Part shown: piece by piece, positions 25,961 to 35,421 of the stretch
Position numbering within the stretch: the first letter of the stretch is position 1
Layout: each line of letters starts with the position of its first letter
NCBI GenBank assembly: GCA_903832855.1
Contig: CAILDB010000003.1
Span: forward strand, 15,398 to 79,397
From: an uncultured bacterium
Lineage (GTDB): Bacteria > Patescibacteriota > Minisyncoccia > Phycocordibacterales > GWA1-40-21
Reading direction: 5' to 3'
Length of the DNA stretch: 64,000 nt
Position numbers and translations under genes: made by a program
Notes under the pieces: generated by a model
The model's database searches: none
What the model saw: only the letters and a program-made list of their open reading frames with translations
Told to the model about the DNA's origin: nothing

Positions 25961-27646
25961 TTATTTAAAATACTCCGGTGTATTTGTTCCCATCCAATCA
26001 AGAAGTCCACGCATTATATACACACCTCCCATAGTATTTGTGACTGGACCTTTTTCCATTATCACAGCAAAAGCGTATTTTGGATTGTCATAAGGGAAAA
26101 AACCGGTGACCCAGGAATTTACAAATTGTTTGTAAACACCAAGCTCGGCAGTTCCTGTCTTTGCAGCGACTTTTACATCAGGAGTATTGAGCCCGACGGC
26201 TACCCCATCCGTCACACCAAGTCGCATTCCCTCTTTTACAACTTTATAATAACCTGAATCAAAATTTAATTTTTCTGATTTTGAAATCTGTGTTGTATCA
26301 CCGAGAAGAATTGTCGGTGCAAGAAGTGTGCCTTCGTTTGCAATACTTGCTACAGCTCTCACTGCCTGAATAGGACTAACCTGAAAACCGTATTGCCCGA
26401 TGGATGTATGATATGTGTCACCAATCCTCCAATCTTCCCCATTAAAATTCGCTTTTTTCCATTCGGGAGTTGGAATTGTTCCGGAAACATTATTAAAAAA
26501 GTCACCGGGAACATCTCGTCCAAAACCAAACATTGTCATATATTTATCTATATTTGCAATTCCTAAACCCTTTTGACCCTCATATCCTCCACCAACTTCA
26601 TAAAAATAAACATCAGAAGATACGGCTAGAGCGTGTCGCATATCCACATAACCTTGCGCTTTCCAATCTTTGAAAATTGTAGGATGAGCTGGATCATAGG
26701 GATTTGCGATTGAAATATATGCGGTACCCAAAATATTTGTAAGCGGGTCAATCACTTTTTCACTCTGTGCTGCCATCGCCATATATGGCTTTACGATAGA
26801 ACCCGGAGTATAAAGCCCGCCGGTAACCCTATCCAAAAAAGGTTTGTTTTTATCTTTTAAATATTTATTCACAGCACTACTGTTTCCGTCGGTCATAGAT
26901 TGCGAATCGTATTCAGGATAACTTGCTGATGCAAGAATTTCTCCAGTATGTATGTCCATTATTACACCTGCTCCACCAGAAAATCCGACTTGTCGAGAAA
27001 GTGCGGAAATTAAATTATAAAATTCGCTTTGAACTCTAGAATCAATGGAAAGTTTTAAATCTTTCCCGTCTACCTCTGAGCGTACGACACTTTCTGTCTG
27101 CACTTTACCGAGAGCGTTTATTTCAACTATTCTTACACCGTTTTGCCCAGAAAGTGCCTGATCGTAGACCTTTTCAACGCCATCTTTACCGACAAAAACA
27201 TCACTATAATAGAAACCGTATTTATCTTTTGAGGGATATTTTAAATATCCGACTGTGTGAGCAAGTCCTGAAATGTTTGCATATGTTCTATCCGGAAATT
27301 CTAGATTATTTTTATTTTCTGTATTCCACGCGAGATTAATATCATTCCTATCAGAGATAACTCCTCTTTTTGCAAAAATAAGAGTGTTTCGCATTATATT
27401 ATTTTCGCTTCTTTGAAAATATGCGAGGCCGTTTACGATTTGTAAATTAAAAACACGAAAAAGAAATAGGACAAAAATTATAACAAAAAATATGGATAAA
27501 AAAATAATTGTTCTGACAGATATTGCCTTCTCTATCCTACCCTCAAACTGATGAACATTAAAATTCGGCAGATTACTGGAATCCAAAGAAATCTCATCCG
27601 GATCAATGTCTTTGATCCTATCTTTATAAAAATTGTTTTTTGCCAT
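25961..27646 (-). CDS. mrdA: Peptidoglycan D,D-transpeptidase MrdA (PBP2)
   Basis: 561 aa. N-terminal TM, SxxK (SIVK), SxD/N and KTGTAE motifs. Follows mreBCD. Confidence 0.9.
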   Translation of the reverse strand: MAKNNFYKDRIKDIDPDEISLDSSNLPNFNVHQFEGRIEKAISVRTIIFLSIFFVIIFVLFLFRVFNLQIVNGLAYFQRSENNIMRNTLIFAKRGVISDRNDINLAWNTENKNNLEFPDRTYANISGLAHTVGYLKYPSKDKYGFYYSDVFVGKDGVEKVYDQALSGQNGVRIVEINALGKVQTESVVRSEVDGKDLKLSIDSRVQSEFYNLISALSRQVGFSGGAGVIMDIHTGEILASASYPEYDSQSMTDGNSSAVNKYLKDKNKPFLDRVTGGLYTPGSIVKPYMAMAAQSEKVIDPLTNILGTAYISIANPYDPAHPTIFKDWKAQGYVDMRHALAVSSDVYFYEVGGGYEGQKGLGIANIDKYMTMFGFGRDVPGDFFNNVSGTIPTPEWKKANFNGEDWRIGDTYHTSIGQYGFQVSPIQAVRAVASIANEGTLLAPTILLGDTTQISKSEKLNFDSGYYKVVKEGMRLGVTDGVAVGLNTPDVKVAAKTGTAELGVYKQFVNSWVTGFFPYDNPKYAFAVIMEKGPVTNTMGGVYIMRGLLDWMGTNTPEYFK

Positions 27647-27655
27647 TTTTTTGGG

Positions 27656-27913
27656 TTAATAGAATTTTAGCATTTTTTTCAGCCAAAATGAAATGAGAAA
27701 AAAAGCTAGAAAAAATACAAAGAAAAAATGACTAAAGCCAAAAAAATGAATACCATTTCCCCCATAAATTGAATCAAATAGATATCCGAGAATAATAGCT
27801 TCTGCAAAAAAATTAAAATAGAAAACTAAACAAATCGCAAATATAAATGTCAGCCACCATGGCAAAACAAAAAAGGATATAAATAAGGCAATTGAAGCAA
27901 ATACTCTTAACAT
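27656..27913 (-). CDS. mreD: Putative rod shape-determining protein MreD (short)
   Basis: 85 aa, fully hydrophobic (2-3 TM), positioned between mreC and mrdA. Assignment rests on synteny only. Confidence 0.4.
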   Translation of the reverse strand: MLRVFASIALFISFFVLPWWLTFIFAICLVFYFNFFAEAIILGYLFDSIYGGNGIHFFGFSHFFFVFFLAFFLISFWLKKMLKFY

Positions 27914-27914
27914 A

Positions 27915-28715
27915 TTATTTTTTCTTCCCTACAATTTCAACAAAACTTAATTCCTGAATATTTACAGGACTCTTAAAAAGCACTGACTGAAAAGAATCTG
28001 TGGATTTTGATTCAACTTTTTCTACAATTCCAAAAATATTTGAACTAATAGAAGGTATGACAATACTATCGCCTTCTTTTATTCCAATCTCTTTCGGAAC
28101 CTGAACTGTAAAATTTCCATCACCCACACCCATAGCTTCCTGTGTCACATTGTTAGGACCAATCAAAACACTTATTTTTTCTCCGGGACTTGAATAAAGT
28201 TTAATTTTTGATGAGTAATCATAGACCTCTACCACCTCGCCGATAAATACAGAAACATCTGCCATCACTTTTTCTCCAACAAAAATACCATCATTTTTAC
28301 CAGCATCTACAATAATAATGTCATAAGGAGAAATTCCTGGCTTTACTAAAATAGAAGCTATCGTTAGATTTTCTGATTGTTTTTTCCTGTTAAAAAAATC
28401 CTTTAGTGTTTCATTTTCCTTTTTTACTAAATCAAAAAACAAGAGGTCCTTACTTGCATTTTCTATTTGCAGAGATAATTTTTTATTTTCTTCAATCAAG
28501 GATTTCTTTGACCTGAATGTTTCTATATTGCTATTCCATATTGTCACGACTGAATTAGAAAATTTCCAAAGTGGAGTCCCTATTTTTAATAAGATATTTT
28601 GAGAAAAATTAGCAGAAAGTAACCATATAAATAAAGCAACAAGAATCAGAATAGCAATTATCTTCAGAAGATTTCTTTGCGGTTTTTTTTCTCTACTTTT
28701 TACGAGGTAATTCAT
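27915..28715 (-). CDS. mreC: Rod shape-determining protein MreC
   Basis: 266 aa. N-terminal TM, coiled coil, C-terminal beta-rich domain. Sits in the mreB-mreC-mreD order. Confidence 0.75.
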   Translation of the reverse strand: MNYLVKSREKKPQRNLLKIIAILILVALFIWLLSANFSQNILLKIGTPLWKFSNSVVTIWNSNIETFRSKKSLIEENKKLSLQIENASKDLLFFDLVKKENETLKDFFNRKKQSENLTIASILVKPGISPYDIIIVDAGKNDGIFVGEKVMADVSVFIGEVVEVYDYSSKIKLYSSPGEKISVLIGPNNVTQEAMGVGDGNFTVQVPKEIGIKEGDSIVIPSISSNIFGIVEKVESKSTDSFQSVLFKSPVNIQELSFVEIVGKKK

Positions 28716-29754
28716 CTTCGTTTAATATTAGGACCTCTTCAAAACCATCTAGATTTTCTATAATAATTCCTGCACCACGAGCGACTGCTGTCAGGGGGTC
28801 TTGTGTCACATAAACAGGAATTTTTAAATAATCAAAAAGCAAAGTGTCTAAACCTTTTATGAGCGCACCACCGCCAATCAAATGAATTCCTCTAGACATA
28901 ACATCTGCCAAAATTTCCGGAGGGGTCGTTTCCAAAACCTCTTTCGTGGCTTCAAGCAAACTTTCAATGGACTGTGACATTGCTTCTCTAATATCTGAAT
29001 CAGTAATAATAACTTCCCTCGGCAAACCTGTAATTAAATCCCTTCCTTTAATAGATGCCTCCATCGGTTCACCGGGAACGACATTACCAACACTCATTTT
29101 AATAATTTCGGCAGTTTTTTCTCCAATCAAAATTTTAAATTCACTTCTGATATAAGAAATAATATCATTATTTAATTTATCTCCGGCTATTCGGACATTT
29201 TTTGACCTGACCACTCCAGAAAGAGAAATAACAGCAATATCCGTGGTACCTCCGCCAATATCAATAATCATATTCCCCACAGGGTCTTTTATCGGCAAAC
29301 GAATTCCGATAGCTCCGGCCATCGGTTGCTCTACAATGTATACTTCTCTTGCTCCAGCATTTTTTGTCGCATCCCGTACTGCGCGAATTTCAACATTTGT
29401 CACTCCGCTTGGCACACCGATGACAACTCTTGGCCCGAGCATTTTCGGTAAATATTCTTCAGCCCTTCTTAAAAGATGTGCAATCATTTCTTCTGTAATT
29501 TCAAAATCAGAAATCACGCCATCCACGAGGGGGCGCACAGCAACAATGTGAGCTGGCGTTCTGCCAAGCATTTCTTTTGCTTGCGTACCTACAGCCACCA
29601 CCCTACCGGTTTTTTGATTGAGTGCTACGACAGATGGCTCATTTATCACGATTCCTTTTCCAGCAATATAAACAAGCGTATTTGCAGTTCCCAAATCTAT
29701 TCCGATATCATTGGAAAGGTATTTTCTTACTTTTTTTTTCGTCTCTTCAAACAT
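28693..29754 (-). CDS. mreB: Rod shape-determining protein MreB
   Basis: 353 aa. IGIDLGTANTLVY...DIGGGTTD actin-fold signatures. Confidence 0.95.
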   Translation of the reverse strand: MFEETKKKVRKYLSNDIGIDLGTANTLVYIAGKGIVINEPSVVALNQKTGRVVAVGTQAKEMLGRTPAHIVAVRPLVDGVISDFEITEEMIAHLLRRAEEYLPKMLGPRVVIGVPSGVTNVEIRAVRDATKNAGAREVYIVEQPMAGAIGIRLPIKDPVGNMIIDIGGGTTDIAVISLSGVVRSKNVRIAGDKLNNDIISYIRSEFKILIGEKTAEIIKMSVGNVVPGEPMEASIKGRDLITGLPREVIITDSDIREAMSQSIESLLEATKEVLETTPPEILADVMSRGIHLIGGGALIKGLDTLLFDYLKIPVYVTQDPLTAVARGAGIIIENLDGFEEVLILNEDELPRKK

Positions 29755-29755
29755 T

Positions 29756-31012
29756 TTATTTATTCTTTTCTACGAATTCCAGAATGTCTTTCTCTTTCAC
29801 CATTTCTACTTTTCCACTCGCTCTATCCTTTACTTCAAAAACTCCTTCGGCTAAACCTTTCTCGCTCACCACAATCCTAAGTGGAATTCCAAGCAAATCC
29901 GAATCATTAAACTTTTCACCTGCACGAAGGTCGCGGTCGTCATAAAGCGTTTCTATGCCCATTTTTTCTAGCTTTTCATACAAATCTTTGGCCGATTTCT
30001 TAACCTTATCACTATCTCCGGAAATTTCAATGATGTGCACAGAAAATGGCGCAATAGCTTTTGGCCAGACCAAACCCTTGTCATCGGCAAAAACCTCCAC
30101 CACGGTTCCCATTACTCTACCCGGACCAATACCATAACACCCCATAAATACCGATAATTTTTCATTTTTCTCGTTCACATAATAAAGGCCTAGCGGTTCG
30201 GAAAATTTTGTTCCTAATGTAAAAATATTTCCAACTTCAGAAGCTTTCTTCTCTACTAATTTTGTATTTCCGCATTTAGGACATGCCGGCTGTTCCTTGA
30301 TAACTTCAGAATTTACTGCGATCATACATTTATCACAGCAATTAATAATATCCTCTCCAGCAGAAGTGACTGTCTGAAATTCGTGAGAATATTTTGAAAA
30401 ACTTCCTCCGGAAGCAAAAGTAATGTAGGTAATATCTCCAAGTCCAACTTTTTCAAAAACCTTTTTGTATGCTATTTTTGCTTTTTCATAAAAAATATTG
30501 TGTTCATTTTCATCCTTGGAAAAAGAATACAAATCTTTCATCAAAAATTCTCTACTACGCATTATTCCACTTTTTGCACGGGCTTCATTTCTAAATTTTG
30601 TTTGAATTTGGTATGGATAAGTCGGCAAGTCTCTGAAAGATCTGATATGATTTTTCATAAGAGCAGTAAGCGGTTCCTCGTGAGTAAAGGCAAGACCAAG
30701 TTCCGTATTATTTAAAAGTTTTGTCTTAAACCAAATGTCCATTTTTTGTGAATCCCATCTGTCAGTCGCTTTCCAAGGTGCACTATCTTGAAGAGCTGTG
30801 AGAAAAAGTTCTTGCCCACCAATTGCGTTCATTTCTTCCCTGATGATATTATTTATTTTATTTAAAACTCGTAAGCCAAGTGGTAAATAAGAGTAGACTC
30901 CCGCTATTTCTTTGTTTACATATCCGGCTCGTGTCAAAAGAATCGCATTTTTTGAAACCTCATCTTTTGGCCCATCCTTCCTTGTTTTTGTAAGTAATTT
31001 ACTTTGTAACAT
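29756..31012 (-). CDS. proS: Prolyl-tRNA synthetase (short form without editing insertion)
   Basis: 418 aa. Class II core and C-terminal anticodon-binding domain. Confidence 0.85.
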   Translation of the reverse strand: MLQSKLLTKTRKDGPKDEVSKNAILLTRAGYVNKEIAGVYSYLPLGLRVLNKINNIIREEMNAIGGQELFLTALQDSAPWKATDRWDSQKMDIWFKTKLLNNTELGLAFTHEEPLTALMKNHIRSFRDLPTYPYQIQTKFRNEARAKSGIMRSREFLMKDLYSFSKDENEHNIFYEKAKIAYKKVFEKVGLGDITYITFASGGSFSKYSHEFQTVTSAGEDIINCCDKCMIAVNSEVIKEQPACPKCGNTKLVEKKASEVGNIFTLGTKFSEPLGLYYVNEKNEKLSVFMGCYGIGPGRVMGTVVEVFADDKGLVWPKAIAPFSVHIIEISGDSDKVKKSAKDLYEKLEKMGIETLYDDRDLRAGEKFNDSDLLGIPLRIVVSEKGLAEGVFEVKDRASGKVEMVKEKDILEFVEKNK

Positions 31013-31128
31013 AATATGTGAATATTACATTAAAATTTAATAAAAACAAACACTTGACCTAAAATGATAAGTATGCTAGTTTAATTTAGGATAGAAGGTA
31101 CAACAACAACACTAAAAGGAGACTTGAT

Positions 31129-31461
31129 ATGCATGATCATCACAAATGGGCAAATCTGACATTTGCACGAATGCAAATAATGGAGAACATTATAGCGGTG
31201 ATATTCCTGTTTACAGGGATAATCCGTGAATATCATCTGGGCCATTTCGCCTACCATACGCATTCAAAGCTGGGACTTTTCTGTGACTATATGGAAAAAG
31301 TGGCAGAAAATGACGGGCTTTGGAACGCGCTTGAGAAAAAAAGAAAAAAACTGATGGGAGCGAAAAAACTCATCATTTACGAGATATCAGCGTTTAACAC
31401 CGTCTTCGCAAGGCAAAAGTTGAGAAGGGTTCTCAACCAATGCAAGACAAAACATCAGTGA
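31129..31461 (+). CDS. Hypothetical 110-aa protein (GC-enriched stand-alone cassette)
   Basis: AAAGGAGAC SD before the ATG. Protein is MHDHHKWANLTFARMQIMENIIAVIFLF.... Terminator follows. Confidence 0.45.
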   Translation: MHDHHKWANLTFARMQIMENIIAVIFLFTGIIREYHLGHFAYHTHSKLGLFCDYMEKVAENDGLWNALEKKRKKLMGAKKLIIYEISAFNTVFARQKLRRVLNQCKTKHQ

Positions 31462-31477
31462 GATTCTGTTCTCACAC

Positions 31478-31510
31478 CCGCGCCCCACAAGGCGCGGTTT
31501 TATTTTGCTG
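31478..31510 (+). terminator. Rho-independent terminator
   Basis: CCGCGCCccacaaGGCGCGG followed by TTTTATTTT. Confidence 0.55.
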
Positions 31511-31511
31511 A

Positions 31512-32630
31512 TTACTTTATCAATCTACCAATATCCTTAAATGTCAAAACAATCATAAGTAAAATTAGAAGACCGAAGCCAATCGTATTTAAAATGTTTG
31601 CAATTATCGGTTTAATATTTTTTCTTGTTATTCCTTCAATCGCTACAAAAAGCACTCGCCCACCATCAAGCGCCGGAAAAGGCACAAGATTTATCATTCC
31701 AAGATTGATTGAGATGAGAGCGATGAATCCGAGAAAATATGAAAGGCCAAAATATTTTGCTTGACCTACCATTTCCGCAATTCCCACTGGCCCAGTCACT
31801 TGAGAAAAATCCGCCTTGCCTACTATCGCATTTTTTATCAAATCATAAATTCCAACGATTACTTTTCCTGAAGTTATGATAGTCGTTTTTCCTCCTTCAT
31901 AAAAAGAACGCAAAATTCCAAATTTAATGATGCCTACAGTATCCATTCCAATACCTATCACTCGCACTCCTCCGGAAATATCCGGAATGATATCAAGCTC
32001 AGTCTGTTTGCCACTTCTTTCATAAATAATTTTTACAGATGAGACAGAATCCTTCACAACTTTTTGGACTTCCGCGAGTGTCGGCACAGTAAAACTTTCC
32101 GTCCCATTTGAAATACTGGAAATTCTGTCACCAATTGTAATTCCTGCTTTTTCCGCAGGAGAATTTTTCATTACAGAAAGAACAATCGTAGAAATATTTG
32201 TTGCGACATTTTTGTATTCAGAGTCCACAGAGGAAATAAGTCCAACAGCAAAAGATGAAGAAATTAAAATCCATGCAAAAATTAAATTAAATAAAATTCC
32301 GGAAAGCAAAATCGCAACTTGTTTCCATTTTGAGACATTTACAAAACTTTTTCCTTTTCCGTCTTTGCGAGGAAGCTCCTGACGAAGCAATCCATCCGCT
32401 TCTTCTGTAACTCCGTCTTCCCCAAAAATCTTCACAAATCCCCCGAAAGGAATCGCCCCGATAGAATATTTCGTCCCCCCTTTCCCCCACGACAAAATCC
32501 TTGGTGGAAACCCCACACAAAATTCATCCACCCTCACCCCACACATTTTTGCCACTATGAAATGCCCCAGCTCGTGCACAAAAACAAGCATAGCGAGAAC
32601 CACGAGAAAAAGTATTATTGTTAGTATCAT
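31512..32630 (-). CDS. rseP: Site-2 protease RseP (zinc metalloprotease with PDZ)
   Basis: 372 aa. HELGHF zinc motif in TM1, PDZ domain, LDGG motif. Confidence 0.9.
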   Translation of the reverse strand: MILTIILFLVVLAMLVFVHELGHFIVAKMCGVRVDEFCVGFPPRILSWGKGGTKYSIGAIPFGGFVKIFGEDGVTEEADGLLRQELPRKDGKGKSFVNVSKWKQVAILLSGILFNLIFAWILISSSFAVGLISSVDSEYKNVATNISTIVLSVMKNSPAEKAGITIGDRISSISNGTESFTVPTLAEVQKVVKDSVSSVKIIYERSGKQTELDIIPDISGGVRVIGIGMDTVGIIKFGILRSFYEGGKTTIITSGKVIVGIYDLIKNAIVGKADFSQVTGPVGIAEMVGQAKYFGLSYFLGFIALISINLGMINLVPFPALDGGRVLFVAIEGITRKNIKPIIANILNTIGFGLLILLMIVLTFKDIGRLIK

Positions 32631-32645
32631 TTAGATATTCTATCA

Positions 32646-32716
32646 CCCCGTAGTGAATTTTGCCATCAGGTTTTCAGAAAAACCCAATGTTTTCAAATGG
32701 CAAAATCTACTACAGG
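32646..32716. repeat. PR1 palindromic repeat (CCCCGTAGTGAATTTTGCCAT ... ATGGCAAAATCTACTACAGGG)
   Basis: 21-bp inverted arms. On the rseP strand the arm is followed by TGATAGAAT and then the rseP ATG about 15 nt on. Confidence 0.6.
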
Positions 32717-32734
32717 GTATCAAAAAAACTGAAA

Positions 32735-33286
32735 CTACAAAGAAACCTCTTTCTCTTTTTTTGCCAAAGTTGCTTCTAGATTTTTGTTGCCTTCGTCAAT
32801 TGTTTTTTGCATTTCGTCTTTCAAACGGAATTTGTCGTCCTCACCCATTCCGCCAAGTTTTTCTCGGGCTTGAATTTCATTCCAAATCACATCTCGAATA
32901 CCTCGCAATGAAACCTTTGCATCTTCCATTTTTGATTTGGCGGTCTTCAAAAGAAGTGTGCGTCTGTCTGCGGTAAGTTCTGGAAAAGAAACTCTCACGC
33001 CTTTGTCATCTGCCGTGACTGACACGCCAAGATCTGAAACCAAAATTGCTTTTTCTATTTCTTTTGTCTGACCTTTGTCCCAAGGAGAAATACGAAGAGA
33101 GCGAGCATCTTCAATATTTACACTTGCCATTTGATTGATAGGCATTTTCTGGCCGTACACTTCTACTAGCACTCCATCAAGAAGCGCTGGACTCGCCATC
33201 CCCGTCCTAATACTCAAAAATTCTTTTTTCAACCATTCCTCCACACCCTTCACTTCATCCTTCAATTTTTTAAAATCGTATAACAT
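32735..33286 (-). CDS. frr: Ribosome recycling factor
   Basis: 183 aa, typical Frr throughout. Confidence 0.95.
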   Translation of the reverse strand: MLYDFKKLKDEVKGVEEWLKKEFLSIRTGMASPALLDGVLVEVYGQKMPINQMASVNIEDARSLRISPWDKGQTKEIEKAILVSDLGVSVTADDKGVRVSFPELTADRRTLLLKTAKSKMEDAKVSLRGIRDVIWNEIQAREKLGGMGEDDKFRLKDEMQKTIDEGNKNLEATLAKKEKEVSL

Positions 33287-33417
33287 CCCGATAGTAAAAT
33301 TTCAAATTGTTTTTATATTTATGAAAACTTTTTGAAATTTTTATTATTTTTAATAATATTTCGACACATTTAGCATGACCTATAGTAAAAACAAAATGAT
33401 TTGAAATTTACTACGGG
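33287..33417. repeat. PR1 repeat, long-spaced form (CCCGATAGTAAAATTTCAAATTG ... TGATTTGAAATTTACTACGGG)
   Basis: The left arm starts 1 nt upstream of the frr ATG. Arms are homologous to those of the 38496 copy, with an AT-rich spacer of about 80 bp. Confidence 0.5.
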
Positions 33418-33454
33418 ACAAGTCCTGATAAATTTTCTTCACTTAATATTATCA

Positions 33455-33500
33455 CGAAAAGAGTAAAAGAAAAAGGGCTCGCTGTCATGATGACTAGCGA
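33455..33500 (-). terminator. Rho-independent terminator (minus strand)
   Basis: On the minus strand, GGGCTCGCTagtcatcatgacAGCGAGCCC followed by TTTTTC, just after the 33526 stop. Confidence 0.55.
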
Positions 33501-33525
33501 GCCCGGTACCGGCAGAAATGCCACA

Positions 33526-33936
33526 CTACTTGATTGGGCTTTGGGAGGTGAGGATTTTGTCGTAAATGCACTCGCCTCCAGTCGGGTTTTTGAACTCAAC
33601 AAACTTCCTCACAACGATGTATATTCCACCGTTTGTAACCAAGTTGTCGCCTGCCAAACTAAAAAGTCTGGGCGGGCAAATTATTGCAGGAATACCAGGT
33701 GCCTTGAGAAAGGCGTAACGCCTGTCCGAAACCATGATGATTCCCACAACCTCGTTAGTAGTACCTACCACGAGGTTCTCGTTGTAGTTCGGATAGCCGA
33801 GGGCTTCGGCTTTTCCAAAAGCTCTACCAGAATCAAAACCCTTAAGAGGCAGTAAGAATCCAATAGCAATCAAAACTACAATTACTACGACGAGCATTAT
33901 CAATCCAATCGCCGTAATTCCACTTTTCATTTTCAT
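33526..33936 (-). CDS. Hypothetical secreted or membrane-anchored protein (GC-rich cassette)
   Basis: 136 aa. AAGGAGAAG SD. N-terminal hydrophobic anchor MKMKSGITAIGLIMLVVVIVVLIAIGFLL. No known domain. G+C higher than its neighbours frr and holB. Confidence 0.5.
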   Translation of the reverse strand: MKMKSGITAIGLIMLVVVIVVLIAIGFLLPLKGFDSGRAFGKAEALGYPNYNENLVVGTTNEVVGIIMVSDRRYAFLKAPGIPAIICPPRLFSLAGDNLVTNGGIYIVVRKFVEFKNPTGGECIYDKILTSQSPIK

Positions 33937-34064
33937 AAAGAACTTCTCCTTATTTTCTATTTAGTTCGTCTGAAGGACCGCCTTCAGATTCTGAATTTAC
34001 TATATCAAGAACATCCTTAAGAGTAAAGCTCGCCAATGGCAAGGTCTGACCTTGCCATTAAATT

Positions 34065-34778
34065 TTAAATAATTAAAGCGAGATGTTCTAGGAGGATTTT
34101 GAGAGATGGAGCGGGGTCACTTGCATATGAACGACATTTTTCTAGTTCCTCAAGAATGAAAAGTTCTTTGGGAGTGGCTTGAGAGATTTGAGTTTTTTTG
34201 TAAAATTCTGATTCCAAGGAATTGAGAAAATTAATTGCTTGAATTCGGCTTTCTTTTTCGTCGGAGATATCGTCAAGCAAGTCCTTGATTAGTTTGAGAC
34301 GCTCGCCGAGATTTGATGAAAGAAAATCCTTTGGGTTAATTTGGGAATCAGCGGTGGCGGATGATTTTTGCGAGCCCAGATCAGGGCTCACAAAAATCAT
34401 CCTTGACTTGAGCGTCGGCAAAAGATTCCCCGCCGAAGGTGAGATAAGAAAAAAACAAGTTCCGCCAGATGGTTCTTCAAACATTTTGAGCATTGCGTTT
34501 TGTGCTTGTTCGGTAATAAAATTTGCATAAATTACAGAAATTCGTAAATCGCCCATCGTCGGCTTTTGAAAATGATTATCTTTTATCATTCTTCCAGACT
34601 CCACATTTAATGTATCAAATTCCGCAAACCAAAAATCCGGATTGCCTTGCGTCTTAAATCCAATTTCTTTTTCAACAAAATCAAAAACCTGCTTTTTCAC
34701 TTCCTCACCGGAAGCATTTATGCAATAAGCGTGGTGCAACTTGCCAGTTTTTTTATAAAAATCTTTTAACTGTTTCAT
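34065..34778 (-). CDS. holB: DNA polymerase III delta' subunit-like clamp-loader protein
   Basis: 237 aa. AAA+ lid region NAMLKMFEEPSGGTCFFLIS...LPTLKSR. Confidence 0.7.
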   Translation of the reverse strand: MKQLKDFYKKTGKLHHAYCINASGEEVKKQVFDFVEKEIGFKTQGNPDFWFAEFDTLNVESGRMIKDNHFQKPTMGDLRISVIYANFITEQAQNAMLKMFEEPSGGTCFFLISPSAGNLLPTLKSRMIFVSPDLGSQKSSATADSQINPKDFLSSNLGERLKLIKDLLDDISDEKESRIQAINFLNSLESEFYKKTQISQATPKELFILEELEKCRSYASDPAPSLKILLEHLALII

Positions 34779-34807
34779 CTTGGTAATATTACCACATCTG
34801 TCTCATA

Positions 34808-34930
34808 ATTTCTGTCATTCCCGTGCATACGGGAATCCATCCCCTCCGTCTTTGCGAGGGTATTCCCGAAGCAACCTAGTTCTGATTCTCTAGATTGCCA
34901 CGTCGGAAACCTCCTCGCAATGACAGACAA
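34808..34930. repeat. GTCATTCC hairpin repeat (family 2) with flanking TTTNTGTCATT inverted ends
   Basis: TCTGTCATTCCCGtgcataCGGGAATCCATCCC... Hairpin units of the same design recur at 37795 and 38371. Confidence 0.5.
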
Positions 34931-34962
34931 AAAAAAGAGCCCCGACCAGAGCGTCGGGCTCT
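34929..34962 (-). terminator. Rho-independent terminator (minus strand) for the 34998..35183 gene
   Basis: Minus strand reads AGAGCCCGACgctctgGTCGGGGCTC followed by TTTTTTTT. Confidence 0.5.
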
Positions 34963-34997
34963 TTGTCGGGGATCACTTCCAATAATCACGATAACTC

Positions 34998-35183
34998 TCA
35001 ATACCGATACTCGCGTATTGCCGAGTTATCACAATCAAGGCACTTACGCCGACTTCGCACGACTCTCCCCAACCTCATCGGATGTGTGCCTCTTCTGCTT
35101 GATGGCAACGAACCCGTGCGCCATCTTACATTAATACACTTTTCACATAGTGCCATTCGTCTTACCTTGACCTTTTTAGCCAT
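34998..35183 (-). CDS. Hypothetical 61-aa basic zinc-ribbon protein (GC-rich)
   Basis: GGAG SD before the ATG at 35183. Protein is MAKKVKVRRMALCEKCINVRWRTGSLPSSRRGTHPMRLGRVVRSRRKCLDCDNSAIREYRY, with CxxC...CxxC. It does not align convincingly to L28, L33 or S14. Confidence 0.45.
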   Translation of the reverse strand: MAKKVKVRRMALCEKCINVRWRTGSLPSSRRGTHPMRLGRVVRSRRKCLDCDNSAIREYRY

Positions 35184-35250
35184 AAGAACACTCCTTTCTT
35201 TTCTCCTAAAAAATACTAGCACAATCAAGTCATAGCAACAAGCGAATGAG

Positions 35251-35410
35251 TGTTGCCATATTTCAGTGTCCGCAGGCGAGCTTGCAAGGCGCGATGTGGT
35301 GTAATTTTGTTGAGCGTAATCGCGAGACAAAACTATACCAACAGCGCAAGCCGCCGAGGATTAGGAAATTTTCCGGCTGGGGAAAATTTCTGCACTGAAA
35401 TATGGCAATA
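35251..35410. mobile_element. 160-bp GC-rich structured element (family 3, copy 1) with 18-bp terminal inverted repeats and flanking 8-bp direct repeat CGAATGAG
   Basis: Terminal inverted repeats TGTTGCCATATTTCAGTG / CACTGAAATATGGCAATA. CGAATGAG sits at 35243-35250 and again at 35411-35418. About 95% identical to 40956-41115. Confidence 0.5.
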
Positions 35411-35421
35411 CGAATGAGCCT

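Noticed and set aside
33526-33936. Type IV prepilin for the 136-aa protein starting MKMKSGITAIGLIMLVVVIVV
   Set aside because: It lacks the G-F-T-L-I-E prepilin peptidase motif and the conserved Glu5. The N-terminus is a generic signal anchor.
33960-34035. Intrinsic terminators for the two hairpins between holB and the 33526 cassette (ATGGCAAGGTC-aga-CCTTGCCAT and TCTGAAGG-accg-CCTTCAGA)
   Set aside because: Neither is followed by a T-run on either strand. They may be regulatory or RNA-processing hairpins, but terminator function is unsupported.
34998-35183. Ribosomal protein (L28, L33 or S14 Z-type) for the 61-aa basic CxxC...CxxC protein
   Set aside because: Cys spacing and surrounding residues do not match any of these r-protein families on by-eye alignment. 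The gene is compositionally foreign (GC-rich) and not in an r-protein operon.
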